From Desulfobacterales bacterium (GTDB taxonomy: Bacteria; Desulfobacterota; Desulfobacteria; Desulfobacterales; UBA5852), in NCBI GenBank assembly GCA_963674755.2, contig CAXXVS010000002.1, positions 2,368,001 to 2,432,000 of the forward strand: 64,000 nucleotides of DNA, in the 5' to 3' direction. The notes under the pieces were generated by a model. The model saw nothing but the letters and a program-made list of their open reading frames with translations. It did not search any database and had not been told where the DNA came from. Of this stretch, positions 9,571 through 19,563 are shown piece after piece. Positions within the stretch are counted from its first letter, which is position 1, and the number at the start of each line of letters is the position of its first letter. The position numbers and the translations under genes were made by a program.

Positions 9571-10525
9571 AATTAAAATACATGATGCGGATATAGAGCG
9601 AAAGCGGGTAGTAGGCCAGGGTGGCGATCCCCAAGATGCGCCCGAAGGACTGCCGGGTGATCGCCACCAGGAAAAACAGGAAGGACAGGAGGGTTACATT
9701 CAGATAATCGTAGAGATTGCTCCTGTTGAAAAACACAGGCGCCTGGAAGGCCAGGATCGTCGTTCCCAACACAAGAAAAATATTGAAGATATTGCTGCCC
9801 AGGATGTTTCCCACGGCAATATCCGTCTGTTTTTTGAGAACCGCCACGATGCTGGCGGCGCAGTCCGGAATCGAGGTTCCCACCGCGATGATCGTCAGCC
9901 CGACGACGGATTCGGACAGCCCTAGTCGTTCCACAATCGTCATGGCGTTGCGGAAGATGATCTCCCCTCCGATGTAAAGCATGACCACCCCGAGCAAAAA
10001 AAAGCCCCACTCGCGCCGGCAGGATTCTTTATGACACTCTCCGGCAGATTCCGGGAGGCGATTGTTCTGGCGGCTCAATTCCTGTTTGGTCAGGTAAAGG
10101 TAGACCGCAAAGCCCGTCAGCAGCAACAGGCCATGGGGCCATGTCAGGACGTTGCGGCCGGAAGCCCAAATGAACACCACGATCAGGAGGGGGCCTGTAA
10201 AGAGAAACCCCAGGTCCTTGGCAAATTTAGCCCGTTTGATGGGAAGGGTCGCCAGGATGGCGCTCACGGCGATGCCAATGCAGAGATTGATCAGGTTACT
10301 GCCGGATACATTGCTCAGGGCAAACTCGGCATTGCCGTGCAAAGCGGATATGAGGTTGAAAAACAGCTCCGGAGCACTGGTGCCGAACGCCACCAGGGTG
10401 ATGCCGACGATGAAGGGCGGTACATGCTTCTTCCGGGCGATGCCGGCCGCACCCGTTACCAGAAAATCACCGCCTTTGAATAGCAGGGCGAATCCGACCG
10501 CGATCAGCAGAATAACAATCAGCAC
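9569..10525 (-). CDS. Calcium/sodium antiporter (YrbG/CaCA family)
   Basis: Two alpha repeats GTSAPE...NVSGSN and GTSIPD...GNILGSNIFN. GTG start at 10525 is an estimate. Confidence 0.88.
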   Translation of the reverse strand: MLIVILLIAVGFALLFKGGDFLVTGAAGIARKKHVPPFIVGITLVAFGTSAPELFFNLISALHGNAEFALSNVSGSNLINLCIGIAVSAILATLPIKRAKFAKDLGFLFTGPLLIVVFIWASGRNVLTWPHGLLLLTGFAVYLYLTKQELSRQNNRLPESAGECHKESCRREWGFFLLGVVMLYIGGEIIFRNAMTIVERLGLSESVVGLTIIAVGTSIPDCAASIVAVLKKQTDIAVGNILGSNIFNIFLVLGTTILAFQAPVFFNRSNLYDYLNVTLLSFLFFLVAITRQSFGRILGIATLAYYPLSLYIRIMYFN

Positions 10526-10744
10526 AACAGTCCTCTGGCAGCTATCGATATTATCCGGCCGGCCGGGGATCGGCCGGAGGAAATGCAACCTATCGGGTTT
10601 CTATCCGGGATGTAAACAAAAATCGGCCGGCATGCCCTTTAACGATTTTTCAACCCCGCTGAATTGCACGGAAAAGGGGTTGACAGGGTCAATTGCCGCA
10701 ACATAAAGATAGGCTAAAATTTAGTTAATAGGGTTCAACCTACT

Positions 10745-10764
10745 AAATGAATATTGATTCATTT
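10745..10764. promoter_or_regulatory. Palindromic operator upstream of acyl-CoA ligase
   Basis: AAATGAAT-attg-ATTCATTT perfect 8-bp inverted repeat in an AT-rich promoter region (TTGACA at 10680). Confidence 0.5.
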
Positions 10765-10915
10765 CTAGCACTTCAGCACCCACCCTGTCGGCAGGCCGGC
10801 GTTGGCCCGACCCGCCGACCAGCGTCCCTCGCACAGGGATCGCATCCCGCCGCCGCAGGAACGCCAACGCACCGCAACCAACACCTTTTAAAGGTCAACC
10901 GTTCAAGGAGGTATC

Positions 10916-12559
10916 ATGCCAGCCCGACTGATTGAGAAAACCCCCTCGGCCTATACGTATCCCCTTCTGATCAAAAACATCCTCCGCACGCCCTTGCAGT
11001 ATGCCCCCGATCAGGAAATCGTTTATCGTGACCAGATGCGCTACACCTATCGCGATCTCGAGCGGCGCATTCACAAACTGGCCAACATGCTGGCGGCTGC
11101 GGGCGTCAAACCCGGCGACACTGTCGCCGTCATGGACTGGGACAGCCACCGCTACCTGGAATGCTTTTTCGCGGTGCCCATGATGGGCGCTATTTTGCAC
11201 ACCATCAATATCCGCCTCTCGCCGGATCAACTGCTCTACACCATCAACCACGCCGAAGACGACGTGATTCTGGTGTACTCGGAATTTCTTCCCATGCTGG
11301 AAGCCGTCAAGGATCAGATCAAGACCGTGCGCCAATACATTTTGTTGAGCGACGGCGATCAGCCGGAAACGTCTCTCCCCCTGGCGGGCGAATACGAGGC
11401 GCTCCTGGCCGAAGCCGACGAGCACTACGACTTTCCGGATCTGGACGAAAACACCATGGCCACGACCTTCTACACCACCGGCACCACCGGCCTGCCCAAG
11501 GGGGTCTTCTACAGCCACCGCCAGCTAGTGCTGCACACCTACGGACTGATGTCCGGCTTCTGCATCTACCGTTCCCAGATCAGCATCGATTCCGGGGATG
11601 TCTACATGCCCATCACCCCCATGTTCCATGTCCATGCCTGGGGCGTGCCCTATCTCTGCACCATGATCGGCATCAAACAGGTCTATCCGGGACGCTACGA
11701 GCCTGAGATGCTTCTGAAGCTCCTGCTGACCGAAAAGGTCACCTTCTCCCACTGCGTGCCGACCATCCTGCACATGCTGGTCAGCAACCCGGCCGTCAAA
11801 AACTTCGATCTATCAAACTGGAAGGTCATCATCGGCGGATCGGCCCTGTCCAAGGGGCTTTGCAAGGCCTCCCTGGAATTGGGCATCAACGTGACCTCGG
11901 CCTACGGCATGTCCGAAACCTGCCCTATCCTGACCGCCGCCAACTTGAAGCCCCACATGCTGGACTGGGACAACGATCGTCAGGTCAACATCCGCTGCAA
12001 AACAGGCCTGCCGGTACCCAACGTCCTCCTGGAGGTGTTCGACCCCTACGGTAAGCCGCTGCCCCACGACGGCCAGTCCGCCGGTGAAGTGGTGGTGCGC
12101 ACCCCCTGGCTTACCCAGGGCTATGTCAAAGATCCCGAAAAGAGTGAAGACCTTTGGAAAGACGGCTGGCTGCATACCGGGGACGTGGGCATCATCGACG
12201 AAGAAGGCTACCTCCAGATCACCGACCGCATGAAGGACGTCATTAAAACCGGCGGGGAATGGATTTCGTCCCTGGAGCTGGAAGACATTATCAGCCAGCA
12301 CGAGGCGGTCAGCGAAGCGGCCGTCATCGGCGTGGCCGACGACAAGTGGGGCGAACGCCCGTTGACCCTGGTGGTGCTGAAGCCCGATTTCAAGGACAAG
12401 GTCACGGAGGAGGATCTCAAACAGTTTTTCATGGGGTTCGTCGAAAACGGCACCATTCCGAAATACGGCGTTCCCGACAAGGTCATCATTACCGATCAGA
12501 TTGCCAAGACGAGCGTCGGCAAGATCAACAAGAAAGAGCTGCGCACCCAGTACAAATAG
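10916..12559 (+). CDS. Fatty acid--CoA ligase (AMP-binding family)
   Basis: YTTGTTGLPKG, PMFHVHAWG, YGMSET, WLHTGD, DRMKDVIKTGGEWISS; RBS AGGAGG. Confidence 0.93.
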   Translation: MPARLIEKTPSAYTYPLLIKNILRTPLQYAPDQEIVYRDQMRYTYRDLERRIHKLANMLAAAGVKPGDTVAVMDWDSHRYLECFFAVPMMGAILHTINIRLSPDQLLYTINHAEDDVILVYSEFLPMLEAVKDQIKTVRQYILLSDGDQPETSLPLAGEYEALLAEADEHYDFPDLDENTMATTFYTTGTTGLPKGVFYSHRQLVLHTYGLMSGFCIYRSQISIDSGDVYMPITPMFHVHAWGVPYLCTMIGIKQVYPGRYEPEMLLKLLLTEKVTFSHCVPTILHMLVSNPAVKNFDLSNWKVIIGGSALSKGLCKASLELGINVTSAYGMSETCPILTAANLKPHMLDWDNDRQVNIRCKTGLPVPNVLLEVFDPYGKPLPHDGQSAGEVVVRTPWLTQGYVKDPEKSEDLWKDGWLHTGDVGIIDEEGYLQITDRMKDVIKTGGEWISSLELEDIISQHEAVSEAAVIGVADDKWGERPLTLVVLKPDFKDKVTEEDLKQFFMGFVENGTIPKYGVPDKVIITDQIAKTSVGKINKKELRTQYK

Positions 12560-12579
12560 GGTCCGCATTGAATCCTGGA

Positions 12580-12611
12580 CGGGGCGGTCGGCCTCCTGGC
12601 CGGCCGCCCCG
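12580..12611. terminator. GC-rich hairpin between convergent genes
   Basis: CGGGGCGGTCGGCC-tcct-GGCCGGCCGCCCCG just after the ligase stop. Confidence 0.5.
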
Positions 12612-12634
12612 CTGTGCTTTGCGATCGGAACCGT

Positions 12635-13621
12635 TTAGGGCCCGGTAATCGCTTTGGTCTGCAACCTTCTTCTTTGGTGGGTGCGCCAGCCCGCCCACAG
12701 CCGGTGGCAGTGAACCGTCACAAGGGCCGCCAGCAGCCGCGGCCCCCACAGCCATAGAGCGGGAATGCCCAATGCCAGGAAAATGGCCGGGTCTTCGATG
12801 AGGGCATGATTGATGCCGATGGATAGTTGCAGGTGTTCGATCTCCTCCTTGTGGAAATGGCCCTCCCGGGCTTCCTCCACAATCACGGCCGCCCCGTAGG
12901 TCAGTCCGAAAACGGCCGCCGTCAGCCAGAGCACACCCACCCGCGGGCTCAAGCCCATCAGCCATAGCACGGGTCGCAGCATCCTCGCCAGCAGGGGGAT
13001 GACGCGCAAGACCCGCAGCAACTCCATTACCACCATCATGGCCGAAATGATGGCAAAGATCTTCAGGCTGAGGATACCGGTATCCCAGATCCACGCCCTT
13101 AGCAGGACACCGAAGGGAGTGGCCGCCTGGGAAGGGGCCGCCATCGCCGGCGCCAGGGCGGCGCTCTCCGGCAGCAGGCGCGCCAGCACCAGCACGGTCG
13201 CCACGGAGGCGGCCAGCCGTGTGACGGTCGCCTTGAAAAAATTCAGGCCCGAGCGGGCCTGGACCACACCTTCCTGGATGAGGTTGTGGGAAATCAGCAG
13301 AAAAACGGCCACCAGAATGGTGGCCGTCAGATTCAGATCCAACACGGCCAGCGCCGCCACGGCGCCGTATATGCCCGCCAAAAGCCCGGCCAGCAGCGGC
13401 AGGGCCGCCTCCGGCGGCAGGCTGAGAAACCCCATGGCCGGCGCCAGCAGGAAATCCAGATGGCTCAGCAGGCCGCTGGCCTCGATGATAAACGTCAGAA
13501 AGGAGCACGGCAGCAGAATCTTGAGCATCCACACCGTGCCCCGCAGTCCTTTGGTTAAGCCTGCCCGCAGGGCCGGCAGAAGTGTTGCGCTATCCACGGT
13601 ATCGTTTCCTTCGTTTTCCAT
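12635..13621 (-). CDS. Nucleoside-recognition (Gate) domain membrane protein
   Basis: Polytopic hydrophobic ORF with internal two-fold repeat (HNLIQE / HALIED); ATG just downstream of the upstream gene's stop. Confidence 0.7.
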   Translation of the reverse strand: MENEGNDTVDSATLLPALRAGLTKGLRGTVWMLKILLPCSFLTFIIEASGLLSHLDFLLAPAMGFLSLPPEAALPLLAGLLAGIYGAVAALAVLDLNLTATILVAVFLLISHNLIQEGVVQARSGLNFFKATVTRLAASVATVLVLARLLPESAALAPAMAAPSQAATPFGVLLRAWIWDTGILSLKIFAIISAMMVVMELLRVLRVIPLLARMLRPVLWLMGLSPRVGVLWLTAAVFGLTYGAAVIVEEAREGHFHKEEIEHLQLSIGINHALIEDPAIFLALGIPALWLWGPRLLAALVTVHCHRLWAGWRTHQRRRLQTKAITGP

Positions 13622-13623
13622 GC

Positions 13624-14907
13624 TCACCGCCAGCAGGCCATGCTGTCTTCGATCAACCCACCCAGTTTGCGTTTGAGAACCTGATAAGAGTAACATTTAC
13701 GCGCAATTTCATAGTTGCGATCCACCATCTCCCGGCGCAGTTGCGCATCGTCCAAAACCTTCCTGGCCTGCTGCACCGTATCATCGGTCACATAGCCGTC
13801 CATCTGGATGACGTGGAATCCCTTGGGTTGAATATCCATCTGATAGATGGAGTAGGTATTCACCAGGATGGGTTTCCGAAAATAGACCGCCTCCAGGAAC
13901 GCATTGCCGAACCCTTCGAAGTTGGAGGGATAGGTGATGAGATCGGCAAAGGGATAGATATCCTCCAGGGTGTAGATTTTGCGGCCGTCTTCCGTACGCC
14001 CCCGCTTCTCGTTGATGATCCGGGCCACAAAGCGCGTATCCACTTCCATCATACGCGAATAGGCCCGGACCCGTTGTTCGTAGTCGTGGCCCTCGTCGCC
14101 GGAAGCATGCGAGATCACCAGGGTGGCCTTGCGGTCCAGCCGGCGGACCAGCTCGATGGCGTGTTCGATGCCCTTGCGTTTGACCACCCGGGTGGGCTGG
14201 AGCACCAACAGGGTGTCGTCGTCGATCTCCAGGGCCTGCCGCACATCCCGGGCATAGGCGTCCGGCGGATCCGGCGGGTGTTCGAAATCCATCACGTTCG
14301 GTATGACCGTGGAAGAAATCCCGGTGCGCAACCCGAGCTGATTGTCCGCCGAGGAATTGATGACCACATGATGAATCGACGGCAGGTGGGGCGGGAAAGC
14401 CATGTTCAAGTATTCCCAGACGGCGTTGGTCAGGAAATGCTGCCGCTCCCAGAAGAAATCGTGGTGATGGGCGATGGTTGGAAGCGACGTTTCGGAAATC
14501 AGTTCCGTCAAAGCGATGCCCAGGGGCAAGTTGAGGGGAATGGTCAGCGCATTCTCGGGCACCAGCAGCTGAATGTCGAACTTCTCCACGAAACGGTAGA
14601 GCTGCTCCTTGAGCATCAAGGTGTAACGATGGATCTTTTCCGTTGTTTGAATACCGCGTTTGCGGACGCCGAAACACTCCTGGTAGATCGCCAGGATATC
14701 GGGATGACGGAAATGGGCTTGCGGAAAAAGAAAAGATCGCTCTTCGGGGGTTTCCAGTTCACCGCCAAAATAGTAGCAGTTGAAACCGGCGTCTTCGAAA
14801 ATCCGGGCCCACTTTTCCGTCTCCAGGGATACACCGTCGGTGCCCGCCAGGCGGGTGGCCACAAACCCCACATTGTGGATCTTGCCGCAGTGCAAGCAGC
14901 GCGCCAT
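13624..14907 (-). CDS. Glycosyltransferase family 4 (mannosylglucosylglycerate-synthase-like)
   Basis: TRLAGTDGVSLETEKW, HHHDFFWER, QPTRVVKRKGIE, YPSNFEGFGNAFLEA. Confidence 0.8.
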   Translation of the reverse strand: MARCLHCGKIHNVGFVATRLAGTDGVSLETEKWARIFEDAGFNCYYFGGELETPEERSFLFPQAHFRHPDILAIYQECFGVRKRGIQTTEKIHRYTLMLKEQLYRFVEKFDIQLLVPENALTIPLNLPLGIALTELISETSLPTIAHHHDFFWERQHFLTNAVWEYLNMAFPPHLPSIHHVVINSSADNQLGLRTGISSTVIPNVMDFEHPPDPPDAYARDVRQALEIDDDTLLVLQPTRVVKRKGIEHAIELVRRLDRKATLVISHASGDEGHDYEQRVRAYSRMMEVDTRFVARIINEKRGRTEDGRKIYTLEDIYPFADLITYPSNFEGFGNAFLEAVYFRKPILVNTYSIYQMDIQPKGFHVIQMDGYVTDDTVQQARKVLDDAQLRREMVDRNYEIARKCYSYQVLKRKLGGLIEDSMACWR

Positions 14908-15121
14908 CAGAAGACTCCTTTCCGTATTCCGCAGGATGTCCGCGGCAACGACCGGAAGGCCATCGGCGTGACCATGGCGCAAAATACCCGCGGGTCTTGT
15001 CCGATGGATAGTAGTGGCGCAGGGTCCCGGGATGGTCGCCGCATGGGAGCCACCTCGCGGGCCGGCCGCGAAGGGCGGCTCCCGCGCAGGTGAACGCCTC
15101 AGTTGCGCCGCAGGCTGCTTC

Positions 15122-15601
15122 TCACATCAGGTAAAAACCGATGGCCTTGTCCGAGGCATTGCCGGGATCGATGGAAAGAAATTCAGTTCCGAGATCGTAG
15201 CCGGAGATCTTACGAATCACCACTTCCTTCAAAATGGGGGAGCGCTTGTTGTCATCCAGCTTGAAGTCGACCTCCAGGATATCGCCCACGTTCATATGGG
15301 ACGAATCGTTGACCCGAATCAACAAGCCGTTGCGGGACACGTCTTTGACGACCATGGTGCCGCGCCCGGCCCGTCGCTGATTGTAGATCCGCGTAAACGT
15401 GCCGGGCAGGCTGACCGCTTTGCGAAACTGCTGGCGGCGTTCGATCATGACCGGGTAGTCTTTGCCGCAGGTGCAATGGACCTTGATTTTGACGGCCTTC
15501 TCCAAGGCCCTATACTTAGCCACATCCACGGTGCGTGTATATTTGCACTGGGGGCATGAAAAGGTAACTTTGTTGTTGCTGGAGACGAAGGCTTTCTGCA
15601 T
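15122..15601 (-). CDS. PilZ-domain protein with N-terminal Zn-ribbon
   Basis: CPQC...CTCG, then ERRQQFRK (RxxxR) and DVSRNG (DxSxxG) c-di-GMP motifs. Confidence 0.85.
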   Translation of the reverse strand: MQKAFVSSNNKVTFSCPQCKYTRTVDVAKYRALEKAVKIKVHCTCGKDYPVMIERRQQFRKAVSLPGTFTRIYNQRRAGRGTMVVKDVSRNGLLIRVNDSSHMNVGDILEVDFKLDDNKRSPILKEVVIRKISGYDLGTEFLSIDPGNASDKAIGFYLM

Positions 15602-15967
15602 AGCGCCGCTCCCGGTCCCGAGGAACCCCTGTTCATTGGCAGTCCGGTTGTTCTTCCGATGAAGACAAGCACCCCTTGGCGATAAGGGTGACAACCGCCG
15701 GCTGCTGGTGCCGTGATACCTCAATTTTAGTAAAATTTTTCAATAGTTAAACTGTATTACAAAAACGTTGGAATTGCAACAGGGCCTCCGGTCTAATTCC
15801 GCTCGCTCTTTGGGTTTTAACGTATCCGGCCAAGAAGTCCGGTCCCGCGGAGACGTTCGCAAAACGGCCGGCAGCCCTGCGCATCGCGCACGCGGGTACA
15901 CCGGCCGTTCGATGAGTAATTCAGCCGGCGGCCGAGAGAAGACACCCCCGGTCCGCTTCAGTCGAAA

Positions 15968-17056
15968 TCACCCGTTGCGTCGGGCAAAGGCTTCCATGAA
16001 AGCCACCAGGGCTTCCACTGCCTGAAGCGACAAAGCATTGTAAATCGAGGCACGGCAGCCCCCCACCGAGCGGTGGCCTTTCAAGCCGCCCAAACCGTTC
16101 TCCAGTGCCTCGGCGACGAACCGCGCCTCCAATTCTTCGCTGGGAAGACGGAAGGTCACGTTCATCAGGGAACGGCTCCCGACCTCGGCTGTGCCGCGGT
16201 AGAACGCCCCACCGTCCAGCAAGTCGTAGAGCAGGGCGGCCTTCTTTTGGTTGAGGGTTTCCATGGCGGCCAGCCCGCCGACGGTCTCCTCCAGCCATTG
16301 CAGCACCAGCTGGATCGTGTAGATGGCAAAGCAGGGGGGCGTATTGTACATGGAATTCTTGGAAGCAAAGGTGGTGTATTTGAGCATGCTGGGCAGGGTG
16401 TCCGGCACCCGCGCCAACATATCGTCGCGGATGATGACGAGGCAAACCCCGGCCGGGCCGATGTTCTTCTGGGCGCCGGCATAGATCAGACCGAAGGGGG
16501 TCACATCGAAGGGACGGCTCATGATGTCGGATGACATGTCGGCCACCAGCGGTACGCCGGCCGTTTCGGGAAAGCGCTGCCATTGGGTGCCCTTGATGGT
16601 GTTGTTGGAGGTGATATGCACGTAAGCGGCTTTGTCGTCCAGGGTCAAATTCCCGGGAATGTAGCTGTAGTTCTTGTCTTCCGAGGACCCCGCCACGTTG
16701 ACGGTCTTGCCCAGGGTGCGGGCCTCTTTGATGGCTTTGGTGGACCATGTGCCGGTATCGACGTAGTCCGCCGAGGCACCCGCCGGCAGGAGATTCATGG
16801 GAATCATGCCGAACTGCATGCTGGCGCCCCCCTGCAGGAAAAGCACCTGGTAGCGGTCATCCAGCTTCAGGAGGCGGCGCAGCCGGGCGATGGTGTCGTT
16901 GATTACGTCGTCGAACCATTTGGAGCGATGGCTGACTTCGGTAATCGACATGCCGGAGCCCTTGAAATCCAGAAAGCCGGCCTGGATTTCCTCCAGGACA
17001 GGCAGGGGCAGGGCCGCCGGTCCGGCATTGAAGTTGTAGATGCGGTGCGTGCTCAT
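15968..17056 (-). CDS. serC: Phosphoserine aminotransferase
   Basis: YNFNAGPAALP, EVSHRS, DMSSD, YAGAQKNIGPAG, NTPP, GHRSVGG.RASIYNA. Confidence 0.96.
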   Translation of the reverse strand: MSTHRIYNFNAGPAALPLPVLEEIQAGFLDFKGSGMSITEVSHRSKWFDDVINDTIARLRRLLKLDDRYQVLFLQGGASMQFGMIPMNLLPAGASADYVDTGTWSTKAIKEARTLGKTVNVAGSSEDKNYSYIPGNLTLDDKAAYVHITSNNTIKGTQWQRFPETAGVPLVADMSSDIMSRPFDVTPFGLIYAGAQKNIGPAGVCLVIIRDDMLARVPDTLPSMLKYTTFASKNSMYNTPPCFAIYTIQLVLQWLEETVGGLAAMETLNQKKAALLYDLLDGGAFYRGTAEVGSRSLMNVTFRLPSEELEARFVAEALENGLGGLKGHRSVGGCRASIYNALSLQAVEALVAFMEAFARRNG

Positions 17057-17275
17057 GGGTGACCTCCTGCGTCTGTCTCGATCGTCGTTAAGGAATAAAA
17101 AAGAAGTAGATTGATCAAATCCCACGGCAGATGTCAATGAATATGTGCGCAAGCCACCATGGTACCTTTGACAGAACCCGCCAAACCGATTAATAGAGGG
17201 GCACCGCTTGCCAGCCGGCGCCGGCGGTCCTATGATCCCAATGAAACCACGCTTTGCAAGAGGAGAACCAACCGC

Positions 17276-18574
17276 ATGCCTATTTTTCACTACCCGTCAT
17301 CGAGCGCCGAAAAGAAACTGGAGGCCATCAGCCGGCGCAGTTTGTTGTTCCGCCAAAAGGACGTCCAGGCCGTCTCCCGCATCCTCGCGGACGTGCGCCG
17401 CAACAGGGACAAGGCCCTGCTCACCTATTCCCGCCAGTATGACGCCCCGCGTATGACAACCGGCCTTTTGCAGGTATCACCCGAAGATATCCGGGCGGCC
17501 GCCCGGTCCGTCAGCCGACGCTTCAAGACGGCCCTCAAGCGCGCCGTTCAACAGATCGAATCGTTTCATCGCCAGCAATTTCGCAAGTCCTGGGTCGATC
17601 CGGCCCGGGAGGGCGTCTTGCTAGGCCAGCTGTTCCATCCGGTGGACTCCGCCGGCATCTATGTCCCCGGCGGCAAGGGCGGACAGACGCCCCTGGTCTC
17701 CTCCGTTCTGATGGGTGCCATCCCGGCGGGCATTGCCGGAGTGCCGCGCCGCATCATGGTGACCCCGCCCACCCGGGAAGGCGGCGTCAACCCTCATCTG
17801 CTGGCCGCGGCCCATGCCTGCGGCATCGATGCGGTCTACCGCGTCGGCAGCGCCTGGGCCATTGCCGCGCTGGCCTACGGCACCGAAACCATCGCCCCGG
17901 TGGATGTCATCGTGGGCCCCGGCAATCTCTATGTCACTCTGGCCAAAAAGCTTGTGGCCGGCACGGTGGGGATTGACATGGTGGCCGGGCCCAGCGAAAT
18001 TCTGATCATCGCCGACCATTCGGCCGACCCGGAATTCGTGGCCGCCGACATGCTCTCCCAGGCGGAACACGATCCCATGGCGTCGGCCATCCTGCTGGCA
18101 ACGGATCCGGAGCTGGCCCGGGCCGTGGTCGTCGCACTGGAGCGCCAACTGGAGAACCTCGGCCGCCGGGACATCGCCGCGGCCTCCCTCCGGGATTTCG
18201 GCCTTATCATGCACGTGGCCGACCTGAAAACCGCCGTCCAACTGGCCAACCGTATCGCACCGGAGCACCTGGAACTGATGATCGAACGCCCCATGGACCT
18301 GGTGGGCGACATCCGCAACGCCGGCGCGGTCTTTCTGGGCGCCTACACGCCTGAGCCGGTGGGCGACTATATCGCCGGTCCCAATCATGTGCTGCCCACG
18401 GCCGGCACGGCGCGCTTTTCCTCGGCCCTCTCGGTGGACAACTTCATTAAAAAAACCAGCCTGCTCCGCTATACGGACCAGGCCCTCTTCCGGGAAGCCA
18501 ACGATATCATTCAGCTGGCGGAAATCGAGGGACTGGACGCCCATGCCAATGCAGTGCGCCTGCGCCTGAAATGA
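17276..18574 (+). CDS. hisD: Histidinol dehydrogenase
   Basis: YVPGG, GPGNLYV, DMVAGPSE, SQAEHD, APEHLE, GDYIAGPNHVLPT. Confidence 0.93.
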   Translation: MPIFHYPSSSAEKKLEAISRRSLLFRQKDVQAVSRILADVRRNRDKALLTYSRQYDAPRMTTGLLQVSPEDIRAAARSVSRRFKTALKRAVQQIESFHRQQFRKSWVDPAREGVLLGQLFHPVDSAGIYVPGGKGGQTPLVSSVLMGAIPAGIAGVPRRIMVTPPTREGGVNPHLLAAAHACGIDAVYRVGSAWAIAALAYGTETIAPVDVIVGPGNLYVTLAKKLVAGTVGIDMVAGPSEILIIADHSADPEFVAADMLSQAEHDPMASAILLATDPELARAVVVALERQLENLGRRDIAAASLRDFGLIMHVADLKTAVQLANRIAPEHLELMIERPMDLVGDIRNAGAVFLGAYTPEPVGDYIAGPNHVLPTAGTARFSSALSVDNFIKKTSLLRYTDQALFREANDIIQLAEIEGLDAHANAVRLRLK

Positions 18575-18602
18575 ACCGGTCTCCACGGAACCCGGCCGGC
18601 CG

Positions 18603-19478
18603 CTAACAAAGGACCAGCCCGGCGACGCCTCCTGCGATCATGAGGACCCCCGCCGCTCGGGCGGGGGAGATGCGTTCCTTCAATATAAGGCCGCCCGCCA
18701 GCGTGCTGAACAAGATACCGACATTGCGCCCGGCGGCCACATGGGTAACATTGCCGAATTGCAGCGCCACCATGATCAGCAGGTACGTCAGGGGCGTGCA
18801 GGCTCCCACGATAAGGACGCCGCGGCGATTGGTGTGCCATTCCAGGGCCAGCGGGTGCTCGTTGGGGGAGACCAGCAGGACGTAGGCACTAATGAAGAAC
18901 GCCAGGAAAGCGTGCATAACCAGAAGATACGCCAGGGGCGAGGGCGGCTGCGCCGCCATCATGACCTTCCGGTCAACCAGGTGGTAGCCCGCGATGGCCG
19001 CCCCGGTGGCCAGCGCAAACAGGATCCCGGCCTGATTCATCGTGGTGGGGCCCTTGGCGTTGGTTGACATCGCAACGCCGATTATTCCTACCAGAATCAC
19101 GGCCACCAGGAGAGAATGAAACGCGGATATCGTGTCTCCAATCAAGAGCCCGCCCAAGATCATCGTGAAAACAGGCGCTACGCCACGACTGAGGGGATAT
19201 ACGACGGAGAGATCGCTGCTGCGATAGGCCCTGAAAAGAAAAACGGTGTACAGGGCCTCGAAGAAGCCGGACAGGGCGGCCAGGCCCCAAAAGGCGACCG
19301 GTTGTGAGAAGCAGGCCCGCCCCGCCAGAAGTAACCCGAGGGGCAGCACCAATAAGAAGCTGACCAACGAGGTCAGCAGAGCGAAGGCGGCTTTGTCGCG
19401 ACAGGTCTTGACCAGAGCGTTCCAGAGGACGTGCAGGGCGGCCGATGCCGCCACCAGGGCGAAAACAGAGAGAGACAT
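18603..19478 (-). CDS. EamA/DMT family transporter
   Basis: About 10 TM segments; LHVLWNALVK, DLSVVYPLSRG, LKERI motifs. Confidence 0.85.
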   Translation of the reverse strand: MSLSVFALVAASAALHVLWNALVKTCRDKAAFALLTSLVSFLLVLPLGLLLAGRACFSQPVAFWGLAALSGFFEALYTVFLFRAYRSSDLSVVYPLSRGVAPVFTMILGGLLIGDTISAFHSLLVAVILVGIIGVAMSTNAKGPTTMNQAGILFALATGAAIAGYHLVDRKVMMAAQPPSPLAYLLVMHAFLAFFISAYVLLVSPNEHPLALEWHTNRRGVLIVGACTPLTYLLIMVALQFGNVTHVAAGRNVGILFSTLAGGLILKERISPARAAGVLMIAGGVAGLVLC

Positions 19479-19507
19479 GGCTACCGACTAACCGATGATG
19501 AGCGTAC

Positions 19508-19549
19508 AAACAACACCGGCACCACCCCCGGAGGGCGATGCCGGTGTTG
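19508..19549 (-). terminator. Probable terminator after ald
   Basis: 11-bp stem CAACACCGGCA / TGCCGGTGTTG followed by TTTGT on the minus strand. Confidence 0.5.
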
Positions 19550-19563
19550 ATCCGGACCTGCCG

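Noticed and set aside
15968..17056. serC as phosphoserine supplier for a cysteate synthase in the sulfonate cluster
   Set aside because: Separated from the cluster by hisD and a terminator; looks like the housekeeping gene.
17276..18574. HisD paralog HpsN (sulfopropanediol dehydrogenase), given the nearby sulfonate cluster
   Set aside because: Motifs are those of ordinary HisD, it is on the opposite strand, and no other hps genes are present.
18603..19478. EamA as the cluster's sulfite or alanine exporter
   Set aside because: Possible, but a terminator-like hairpin separates it from ald and nothing in the sequence indicates substrate.
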